Shown here: piece after piece, positions 9,762 to 16,439 of the stretch
Position numbering within the stretch: the first letter of the stretch is position 1
Layout of the letters: each line of letters starts with the position of its first letter
IMG/VR virus record: IMGVR_UViG_3300025162_001865
Location: 1 to 32,224 of that record
Strand: one strand, 5' to 3'
From: a virus
Taxonomy: Duplodnaviria > Caudoviricetes
DNA length: 32,224 nt
The notes under the pieces: model-generated
Databases searched by the model: none
What the model saw: only the letters and a program-made list of their open reading frames with translations
What the model was told of the DNA's origin: nothing
Position numbers and translations under genes: made by a program

Positions 9762-9833
9762 CCGACTGAAGCTACGAACTTCAGAGATCGTAATTGGAGC
9801 TGTCAAATGTGGGTTCGAATCCCACCACTGGTT
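9752..9833 (+). tRNA. Atypical D-armless tRNA-Arg(ACG)-like
   Basis: accagtg/cactggt; only 7 nt before ctgaag-ctACGaa-cttcag; 24-nt region; gtggg-ttcgaat-cccac. Confidence 0.7.
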
Positions 9834-9839
9834 CAAAGG

Positions 9840-9908
9840 GGGGTAGTTTGGTAATATTGGGTAAGGTAAACGCGTAACTGAATGATGGTTCAATTCCATC
9901 TTACTCCA
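9840..9908 (+). ncRNA. tRNA-like RNA, acceptor + T arm, no clear anticodon arm
   Basis: ggggtag/ttactcc; gatgg-ttcaatt-ccatc; contains cgtaactg. Confidence 0.55.
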
Positions 9909-9914
9909 CATTAT

Positions 9915-9989
9915 CTGGGTGTTCCACAGATGGCTATATGGACTTGTTTCGGAGACAAGTGTTCGCGAGTTCGAATCTCGCTACCCAGA
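9915..9989 (+). tRNA. tRNA-Pro(CGG)
   Basis: ctgggtg/tacccag; cttgt-ttCGGag-acaag; gcgag-ttcgaat-ctcgc. Confidence 0.85.
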
Positions 9990-10001
9990 CAAAAAAATAA
10001 A

Positions 10002-10063
10002 CTAGGTGTAGTCCCGTAATTGTGACAATATGTCCTCTGTCAGTTCAAGTCTGACCACCTAGA
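10002..10063 (+). ncRNA. 62-nt anticodon-less mini tRNA-like RNA
   Basis: ctaggtg/cacctag; gtc-ccgtaattgt-gac; gtcag-ttcaagt-ctgac. Confidence 0.65.
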
Positions 10064-10079
10064 CAAAAAATTAATATTT

Positions 10080-10268
10080 ATGATAAATGATTATGACATA
10101 AATGAAAAAATTATAGATTCTGATGGTAAAGAATGTATAATATATGAGAAAACTTCAAATTCTATTCTTGTTCATATTGAAAAGAAAAGAAAAGAGGGTA
10201 TAAATTGTAATCAATGGTTCACCATTGAATCATTTGAAAAAAGATTTATAAAGAAAAATGATTTATAA
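10080..10268 (+). CDS. Hypothetical protein inside tRNA array
   Basis: 62 aa ORF filling the gap between tRNAs. Confidence 0.6.
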   Translation: MINDYDINEKIIDSDGKECIIYEKTSNSILVHIEKKRKEGINCNQWFTIESFEKRFIKKNDL

Positions 10269-10272
10269 AAAT

Positions 10273-10345
10273 GTTCCCGTAGTATAACGGATAAAATTTC
10301 TGACTACGGGATCAGGGGATGAGAGTTCGAATCTCTCCGGGAACA
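10273..10345 (+). tRNA. tRNA-Arg(ACG) with 8-nt anticodon loop
   Basis: gttcccg/cgggaac; tctga-ctACGgga-tcagg; gagag-ttcgaat-ctctc. Confidence 0.75.
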
Positions 10346-10351
10346 CAAAAT

Positions 10352-10427
10352 GGTGGTGTATCGTCCTAGTTTCCTAAACTAGTAAAACGTAACTGGATTG
10401 ATGTGGGTTCGAATCCCATCACCATCA
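10352..10427 (+). tRNA. Atypical D-armless tRNA-Arg(CCT)-like
   Basis: ggtggtg/caccatc; 7 nt then ctagt-ttCCTaa-actag; 20-nt region with cgtaactgga; gtggg-ttcgaat-cccat. Confidence 0.7.
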
Positions 10428-10449
10428 CAAAATGGTTAAGATACTAAAT

Positions 10450-10520
10450 GCCGGTGTCGTATAATGGTATTACAAGGCTCTTGTAAAGCTTGAACGGTGG
10501 TTCGATTCCATCCATCGGCT
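10450..10520 (+). tRNA. tRNA-Thr(TGT)
   Basis: gccggtg/catcggc; aggct-ctTGTaa-agctt; T arm. Confidence 0.88.
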
Positions 10521-10580
10521 CTAATTTCGAAAATTATTTTGGGCTCTTAAATTTTTATATATAAAAATAAAAATATAAAT

Positions 10581-11312
10581 ATGTGGAGTCAAGAAGAATT
10601 GAATAAAACAATAAAATTAGCGAAAAAGGGAATAACATATAATGAAATTGGGAAAATATTGGGAAAAACAGGACATGCTATAAAGTGTAAATTTTTAAAA
10701 AATGGTTTAATAATAACTGATTTTAAAGAAGTAAAAAAATATAAAATTGTTAAATGTTTAAATTGTGGTAATGATATAAAAGGTAGTGTTCGAAAATTTT
10801 GTAATAGTAGTTGTTCAGCAATTTATAACAATAAAAAAAGAGATATAAAAATCAATGAAAAAATAAGAGAAACATTAAAAAATCCAAAACAAATAAAAAA
10901 AATATATTGTTTAAATTGTGAAAAAGAATTATTTAATAAAAGTAGAAAATATTGTAATGGTGTATGTTTAAATGAATTTAGATATAAAAATTATATAGAA
11001 AAATGGAAAAATGGTGAAGTTGATGGAATGAGTGGTGATGATCAAATTTCAAAGTATATTAAAAAATATTTATTAATAAAATATGAATATAAGTGTTCAG
11101 AAGATGGTTGGAATAAAGTAAATCCGTTTACAAAAAAGATACCATTAGAAGTTGAACATATAGATGGTAATAATAGAAATAATAAAGAAGAAAATTTAAA
11201 ATTATTATGTCCTTGCTGTCATTCACTTACAAAAACATATAAAGGTGCAAATAGAGGTAACGGCAGACATAATAGATTAATTAGATATAGAAAAAATGCT
11301 GATGTAGTATAA
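10581..11312 (+). CDS. HNH homing endonuclease with HTH and Zn-finger repeats
   Basis: LEVEHIDGNNRNNKEENLKLLCPCCHS. Confidence 0.88.
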   Translation: MWSQEELNKTIKLAKKGITYNEIGKILGKTGHAIKCKFLKNGLIITDFKEVKKYKIVKCLNCGNDIKGSVRKFCNSSCSAIYNNKKRDIKINEKIRETLKNPKQIKKIYCLNCEKELFNKSRKYCNGVCLNEFRYKNYIEKWKNGEVDGMSGDDQISKYIKKYLLIKYEYKCSEDGWNKVNPFTKKIPLEVEHIDGNNRNNKEENLKLLCPCCHSLTKTYKGANRGNGRHNRLIRYRKNADVV

Positions 11313-11369
11313 TGGTCATTATTCGTGCCTTGTAAACATGAGATGGTGGTTCGACTCCACTCATCAGCT
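11298..11369 (+). tRNA. tRNA-Thr(TGT), second copy
   Basis: gctgatg/catcagc; cgtgc-ctTGTaa-acatg; ggtgg-ttcgact-ccact. Confidence 0.8.
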
Positions 11370-11374
11370 CAAAT

Positions 11375-11448
11375 GCCGGTGTAGTATCAATGGTCTAAAA
11401 CGCCTGATTGGTAATCAGGAAATTCGAGTTCGAATCTCGACACTGGCT
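11375..11448 (+). tRNA. tRNA-Thr(GGT)
   Basis: gccggtg/cactggc; cctga-ttGGTaa-tcagg; T arm. Confidence 0.88.
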
Positions 11449-11459
11449 CAGTTAAAAAT

Positions 11460-11545
11460 AGGACTATGGTGTAATTGGTTAAACATCCCACTCCTACAAA
11501 GTGGAGACGAGAAGTGTAATCCCGGTTCGAGTCCGGGTAGTCCTA
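11460..11545 (+). tRNA. tRNA-Val(TAC) with long variable region and C33
   Basis: aggacta/tagtcct; ccact-ccTACaa-agtgg; 16-nt variable region; cccgg-ttcgagt-ccggg. Confidence 0.78.
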
Positions 11546-11551
11546 CTACAA

Positions 11552-11626
11552 GCGATTGTAGCTCAGTTGGTTCAGAGTATCTGCCTTACAAGCAGAGGGT
11601 CCGGGGTTCGAATCCCTGCAGTCGCA
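11552..11626 (+). tRNA. tRNA-Val(TAC), canonical
   Basis: gcgattg/cagtcgc; tctgc-ctTACaa-gcaga. Confidence 0.92.
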
Positions 11627-11647
11627 CAGTTCTTTGAAAGAAAAAAT

Positions 11648-11770
11648 GGGGAAGTAGTTTAATGGATTCGTTTTCAATGATTTCAAGGCCAGAATCATTG
11701 GCGGTATTATGAATCGGGCAGAACGGTTAAATCGAGAATACTCGATGTTTGTAGGTTGAAGTCATCCACA
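11648..11770 (+). ncRNA. Structured RNA beginning like a tRNA, with a long inserted hairpin
   Basis: ggggaag-ta-gttt-aatgg start; caatgatt/aatcattg and atcgag/ctcgat stems; no matching 3' acceptor strand. Confidence 0.4.
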
Positions 11771-11773
11771 TTT

Positions 11774-11847
11774 GTTCCCTTAGCTCAACGGCTAAGAGTG
11801 TCTCCTTGACGTGGAGAAGGTTATAGGTTCGAATCCTATAGGGAACA
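11774..11847 (+). tRNA. tRNA-Val(GAC)
   Basis: gttccct/agggaac; tctcc-ttGACgt-ggaga; atagg-ttcgaat-cctat. Confidence 0.9.
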
Positions 11848-11862
11848 CAAATTAATTAAATT

Positions 11863-11937
11863 GGGGGTTGGGACTGCTAGGGTGGTCATCTCGCTTGCAC
11901 CGAGAAAAACAGAGGGTTTCGAATACCCTAACCTCCA
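11863..11937 (+). tRNA. tRNA-Ala(TGC)
   Basis: gggggtt/aacctcc with G3:U70; tctcg-ctTGCac-cgaga. Confidence 0.85.
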
Positions 11938-12007
11938 CTATTTTTTTAGAGTTCGAGTTGGAAAATTTCCACTTTTTTATATTAATATATACTTAAAAAG
12001 AAAGTAT

Positions 12008-12877
12008 ATGATGAAATGTAAAAATCCAGATTGTGGAAACGAACCAGAAGGTGAAAAAATTTATTGTTCTTTGAAATGTAGAAATATTTATGTAAATAAA
12101 TATCTAAGAGATTATGATAAAAACAGAGAATCATTAGAAAAAATAAGAATAGAATTATTATTTGATTATTTAAAAAATCCAAAACATTGTAAATTTTGTG
12201 GTGAAAAGATTCCATATGAAAAAAAGAGAAATAATTATTGTAATCAATCATGTTCGGCAAAATTTAATAATAAATTTAAAATTGGAAAAAAAACGAATTT
12301 GAGTAAAGAAGGATTAGAAAATATACTATTATCGACAAGAAAAAGATTTGGAACAGATGAATATTATTCTAATCCAAAAAAATGTTTGAATTGTGATGAT
12401 ATATTATCGTTTCAAAAAAGACATCAATTATATTGTAATTGGAATTGTAAAAAAGAATATTATTCAAAAAATAAAAACAATTATGAATTATATCATTCCT
12501 TGACTAATTTTAAATTTGAATTGAAAAAATTTAAAAATGAATTTGATTTTAGTTTAATGGAAAAATATGGTTGGTATAAAGCAAAAAATAATGGTGATAA
12601 TATAAATGGTGTAAGTAGAGATCATAAAATTTCAATAAAAGATGGATTCAGAAGATTAATCAATCCTTTATTACTTGCTCATCCATCTAATTGTGAATTA
12701 ATTTTAAATAAACACAATCAAAGTAAATGCGACAAATGTTCAATAACTATCGATGATTTATTAAGAAAGATAAAAGAATTTGATAATAAATATGGAAAAT
12801 ATTACAAAGAAGAATTAAAAACTTATATAAGTTTGGATGAATTAACAGAGTTGTATAAATTTTATTCATATAACTAG
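12008..12877 (+). CDS. HNH-like homing endonuclease with Zn-finger repeats
   Basis: CxxC..YC repeats; SRDHKISI...HPSNCELILNKHNQSK; ATG 12008 chosen because the TTG extension overlaps tRNA-Ala. Confidence 0.78.
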   Translation: MMKCKNPDCGNEPEGEKIYCSLKCRNIYVNKYLRDYDKNRESLEKIRIELLFDYLKNPKHCKFCGEKIPYEKKRNNYCNQSCSAKFNNKFKIGKKTNLSKEGLENILLSTRKRFGTDEYYSNPKKCLNCDDILSFQKRHQLYCNWNCKKEYYSKNKNNYELYHSLTNFKFELKKFKNEFDFSLMEKYGWYKAKNNGDNINGVSRDHKISIKDGFRRLINPLLLAHPSNCELILNKHNQSKCDKCSITIDDLLRKIKEFDNKYGKYYKEELKTYISLDELTELYKFYSYN

Positions 12878-12946
12878 GTGTATATCAGTTGGTAGATTAC
12901 ATGATTTGGGATCATGTGGCCGAGAGTCCGAGCCTCTCCACCTAGA
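12874..12946 (+). tRNA. tRNA-Pro(TGG)
   Basis: ctaggtg/cacctag; catga-ttTGGga-tcatg; variant T loop tccgagc. Confidence 0.85.
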
Positions 12947-12998
12947 CAATTTTTTATTTCAGTAAAACTTTATACTTTTGTAAAAATATATAGTGAAT

Positions 12999-13052
12999 AT
13001 GAAAACTAGAAAGGAAAGTGTCTTTTAGGTAAAAAATAAACTTAAAAGACAT
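12999..13052 (+). promoter_or_regulatory. uORF MKTRKESVF(TAG) with start-sequestering hairpin
   Basis: tgtcttttaggt pairs with acttaaaagaca, reaching ATG 13051. Confidence 0.6.
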
Positions 13053-13371
13053 GAAAGACAGATTAGAGTACAAAATAACCACTAGCAGGTATGTTTACAA
13101 TCGTTTAAGAAAACGTATTCTTGAAGATAATGGTGAACTTCATTGTGCAAGATGTGGATATCATGACAATGAAAACAGAACCGGTAAATATTATGGTGGT
13201 TGTGTTCGACTTGGATATCTTGGTGGTGATTACAAAAAACCAATAGAATACTGGAGTATTAGTAATCCAAACTGGAAACTTGTTTCTAAAAAAAGGAAAC
13301 AGTGGATGGTTAAAAAAGTAAAGAAAGAAGATTTTTCTTGGGTAAGACCTTCTTTCGATTTTGTTTTTTGA
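13051..13371 (+). CDS. Small basic protein (CxxCxxH; WK...RKQW)
   Basis: 106 aa, K/R rich. Confidence 0.7.
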   Translation: MKDRLEYKITTSRYVYNRLRKRILEDNGELHCARCGYHDNENRTGKYYGGCVRLGYLGGDYKKPIEYWSISNPNWKLVSKKRKQWMVKKVKKEDFSWVRPSFDFVF

Positions 13372-13382
13372 AAATAAAAAAT

Positions 13383-13437
13383 ATGAAAAAGAAAGGAGAT
13401 TTTCATTAGGTGTTATAAAAAATAATACCAATGAAAA
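13383..13437 (+). promoter_or_regulatory. uORF MKKKGDFH(TAG) with start-sequestering hairpin
   Basis: ttttcatt-a-ggtgttat pairs with ataatacc-aatgaaaa, covering ATG 13431. Confidence 0.6.
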
Positions 13438-13670
13438 TGAAAATAAACAGAAAGAGGTTAGAGAATGCTCTAACTAGCAAAGAATTTAAAATTTACTGGA
13501 AAGGTATTGAACCTTATCCAGAATGTTTTTGTACTACCCATAAAAGATGTAAAAGACCAAGACATGGTTTAAGACCATATCACAACAAAGCTGGAATGTG
13601 TAGATATGGAAACTCACATAAGTCTTGGAAAAATTACAGAAAAACTCAATATCGAAATATTAATATATAA
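13431..13670 (+). CDS. Small basic protein (SWKNYRKTQY)
   Basis: 79 aa, K/R rich, Cys/His cluster. Confidence 0.7.
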   Translation: MKMKINRKRLENALTSKEFKIYWKGIEPYPECFCTTHKRCKRPRHGLRPYHNKAGMCRYGNSHKSWKNYRKTQYRNINI

Positions 13671-13685
13671 AAAGAAAACGATAGA

Positions 13686-14192
13686 TTGATTCAATTTATT
13701 AAAACCACAATACAAGAGTTTTTAAATGAAAAACATCAACAAAATAATTTTTTGAAATGGTTTGGTAATAGTAAAGTTGTTGATAAAAATGGATATCCAT
13801 TAGATGTTTATCATGGTTCACAATCTGAATTTAGTGAGTTTGATGGTGATTCTTATTTTACTGACGATTATATGAACGCGGATGGATATGCCGGGGGTGA
13901 ATATGTATATGAGGTTTATTTGTCGATAAAAAATCCATTGGTAATAGATGCAAATGGTAAAAAGTGGGATGATATTGAAACCCCTTATGGAACAAGTACA
14001 GGAGAAGTTGTTGGAAATGTAGATAGAAAAAAATATGATGGTGTAATATTCAACAATATAAAAGATAATTGGATTGATGATGTAGATTATCAAGACCCAT
14101 CAATTGTTTATGTTACATTTTCATCAAATCAAATCAAATCAATTGAAAATGATGGAACTTGGGATGTTGCAGATAATGATATTTATTCCTAA
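13686..14192 (+). CDS. ADP-ribosyltransferase-like (ART-PolyVal-like) protein
   Basis: WFGNSKVVD...P..VYHGS...FD...YFT...YEVYL.IKNPL...YDGVI...NQIKS pattern; TTG start. Confidence 0.7.
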   Translation: MIQFIKTTIQEFLNEKHQQNNFLKWFGNSKVVDKNGYPLDVYHGSQSEFSEFDGDSYFTDDYMNADGYAGGEYVYEVYLSIKNPLVIDANGKKWDDIETPYGTSTGEVVGNVDRKKYDGVIFNNIKDNWIDDVDYQDPSIVYVTFSSNQIKSIENDGTWDVADNDIYS

Positions 14193-14195
14193 TAT

Positions 14196-14267
14196 GCTGG
14201 TGTAGTTCAGTAGGTAGAATGAGGCTCTCGTAAAGCTTAGACGATGGTTCGAACCCATTCATCAGCT
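14196..14267 (+). tRNA. tRNA-Thr(CGT)
   Basis: gctggtg/catcagc; aggct-ctCGTaa-agctt; gatgg-ttcgaac-ccatt. Confidence 0.88.
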
Positions 14268-14332
14268 CATGTTTTTTTATTTCAAGAAATTCAATTATCT
14301 TTGTATTGAATTAAAAGTAAAGAAGCAATAAT

Positions 14333-14569
14333 ATGGATTATAGAAAAGAATTTACTAAAAAGACGGGTGAAAATCCTAATGTACCGGGCAACTCATACCA
14401 TGATTTTAAACAAACTTATGTTGAATATATAGAACTCACTCTTAAAGATTTGGAGGAACTGATTATGGCACAAGATGAGTATATTCAATATTTAGAAAAT
14501 CCTTTGGATTTAGGACATGGACAAAAACTTATTAACAAAATTAAAAAACTTAAAACTAAGATAACTTGA
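14333..14569 (+). CDS. Hypothetical protein
   Basis: 78 aa ORF after TAnnTTTG promoter. Confidence 0.65.
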   Translation: MDYRKEFTKKTGENPNVPGNSYHDFKQTYVEYIELTLKDLEELIMAQDEYIQYLENPLDLGHGQKLINKIKKLKTKIT

Positions 14570-14623
14570 ATACTATGAAACCTCAGATAAGTTTTTTGGA
14601 AATGAAATTGCAACAATTTTAGG

Positions 14624-14842
14624 ATGGAAACTTGTATTGCTTGTGGTAAATGTTGTAAAAAGAATTGGTTAGTTCGTTTATCCAGTCAAAGAGAAAAAGA
14701 TTTATTTGGAGATAAGGTTGTTTTTGGAGAATTTATTTGGACCAATGAATGTCCTTATTTAATTGATAATAAATGTTCTATACATGATGAAAGACAACCT
14801 TTTTGTTGTAAAGAATATTTTTGTGAGGGAAATTTAGAATGA
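14624..14842 (+). CDS. YkgJ-like CxxCxxCC cysteine-cluster protein
   Basis: CIACGKCC...CPYL..NKCSIH...PFCC. Confidence 0.75.
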   Translation: METCIACGKCCKKNWLVRLSSQREKDLFGDKVVFGEFIWTNECPYLIDNKCSIHDERQPFCCKEYFCEGNLE

Positions 14843-14843
14843 T

Positions 14844-15107
14844 ATGGGAGTTAAGAAAATAATTAAGTATAAAGAACTTCCATTTGAAATTGGTAAAACT
14901 TATACTACTAAATTTCAAACAGGAGAAAAATTTTTATTAACTAATATAAAATACAATACAAAGGGTGATAGAATTGGTTTTGATGGGATTTATGAAAAAT
15001 GTTATCATATTGGAGAATGTGGATTAGGTCCAGATAGATTAATTCCAGATAAAATTGAGGATGGTTTTATTGAAGTTTGTGATTTTTGTAATACACCAAT
15101 AAAATGA
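14844..15107 (+). CDS. Hypothetical protein
   Basis: 87 aa ORF. Confidence 0.65.
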   Translation: MGVKKIIKYKELPFEIGKTYTTKFQTGEKFLLTNIKYNTKGDRIGFDGIYEKCYHIGECGLGPDRLIPDKIEDGFIEVCDFCNTPIK

Positions 15108-15433
15108 TATTATACAGACCGGTAAATAAATTAGAATTGGATTCGATTGTGGAAAGTGAGTGGACTAAATTTCCACCACGTTTACCAGAACAACCTATTT
15201 TTTATCCAGTTTTGAGTTTGGAATATGCTAAGAAAATACATAAGTGGAATATTGATGCTTATGGAAATGGTTATATTGTTGAATTTGAAATTGATAACAT
15301 GTTTTTAGTTATACATCATATTGAAACTCATAATGTTGGTGGAAAAGATGATAATGAATTTTGGATTAAATCAGAAGATTTGAATAATTTTAATAATCAT
15401 ATAATAGGAAAAATAAAATTAGTTGAATTATGA
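15104..15433 (+). CDS. Conserved protein of the family often annotated ADP-ribosylation/crystallin J1
   Basis: LYRPV...FPPRLPEQPIFYPVL...WN...VGG....EFWI motif recalled from that family. Confidence 0.65.
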   Translation: MILYRPVNKLELDSIVESEWTKFPPRLPEQPIFYPVLSLEYAKKIHKWNIDAYGNGYIVEFEIDNMFLVIHHIETHNVGGKDDNEFWIKSEDLNNFNNHIIGKIKLVEL

Positions 15434-15729
15434 AAGAAGTAAAAGAAGTAATTTGGTTGAAGATAAGTGATGCTGGTGGTTTTTCTGGTATATCTAAAGG
15501 CACTACAATGGCTGATATTGATAAACATATTTCTGATAGAGAAATTAACAAACTTTTAGGAAAAGGTAATTGGAAAAAATTGGATGAAATAAACGATGAG
15601 AATAATTTAACTGATGCTGCTATAGAATTTATGAAATCAATCGGATGGGTTGAAAAAGATGATTTTTGGAAATCCAATGGTGATGTTCATGCTCATTGTT
15701 TTGAAAGGATTGAAGATGAAAAAAATTAA
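15430..15729 (+). CDS. Hypothetical protein
   Basis: 99 aa, ATGA overlap. Confidence 0.65.
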   Translation: MKEVKEVIWLKISDAGGFSGISKGTTMADIDKHISDREINKLLGKGNWKKLDEINDENNLTDAAIEFMKSIGWVEKDDFWKSNGDVHAHCFERIEDEKN

Positions 15730-15952
15730 ATTAAACGGAAAAGAATACGATTGTGAAGTTCGTGATGGTGTTCGTTATGTTGATGGTATGAATCCTGATG
15801 AGTTTGTGAATTATCTTGTTAAAAATGGAGATTGGACAGCTTTAAGTGATTTAGCGAAAATTGGAATGAAAGTTATTAAAGATATTAAACAGAACAAAAT
15901 ATCATCTTATCAACAAATTGCAGATGAATTATATTTAAAGAAAGTAAATTAA
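15716..15952 (+). CDS. Hypothetical protein
   Basis: MKKIKLNG..., start at 15716 preferred. Confidence 0.6.
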   Translation: MKKIKLNGKEYDCEVRDGVRYVDGMNPDEFVNYLVKNGDWTALSDLAKIGMKVIKDIKQNKISSYQQIADELYLKKVN

Positions 15953-16173
15953 TGGCAGAACACATTTTTGATATTGATGGAACTTTAGTAAATTATCATG
16001 ATAATTCTTGGATTGATGGAGCTAAAGAAATGTTGCTAAGGCATACCAAAAAGATGAAGAATTTTGAAGGTAATCACCAGTCAATGAAATCTGGCAAATT
16101 TGATTATGATTATACTCCATTGTTCAGATTTTTACAATCAAAAGATGGAAAAGTTGTAAAACAAACTGACTAA
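15952..16173 (+). CDS. Truncated HAD-like protein
   Basis: IFDIDGTLV motif I only, 73 aa. Confidence 0.5.
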   Translation: MAEHIFDIDGTLVNYHDNSWIDGAKEMLLRHTKKMKNFEGNHQSMKSGKFDYDYTPLFRFLQSKDGKVVKQTD

Positions 16174-16439
16174 TTTTATATATAAGTATCATGCCTAAAA
16201 TAAAATTATCGGACATATTGAAAAACGGTGAAAATTTCAAAATTAGAAAACTTGATCCAACCCAGATTTTATACAAATGTGTGAATCTGTAAAGAAAGAA
16301 CAAGAAATGTCGAAGAAAAATAAGAAAGGGTGAATTATATGCCAAAAGCACAAGACACCTCATCATTGAGGACAGGAAGAAAGTTATAGGGTCTCGCGAA
16401 GAACGCCGACGCATCAAACATTCTCATAACTTTAATGAA

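Noticed and set aside
9672-9911. 79 aa minus-strand ORF
   Set aside because: Antisense to tRNA-like genes and the endonuclease end.
11338-11637. 99 aa ORF on + strand
   Set aside because: Lies across four tRNA genes; spurious.
11861-12007. N-terminal extension of the HNH-like ORF
   Set aside because: Overlaps tRNA-Ala; ATG at 12008 is more plausible.
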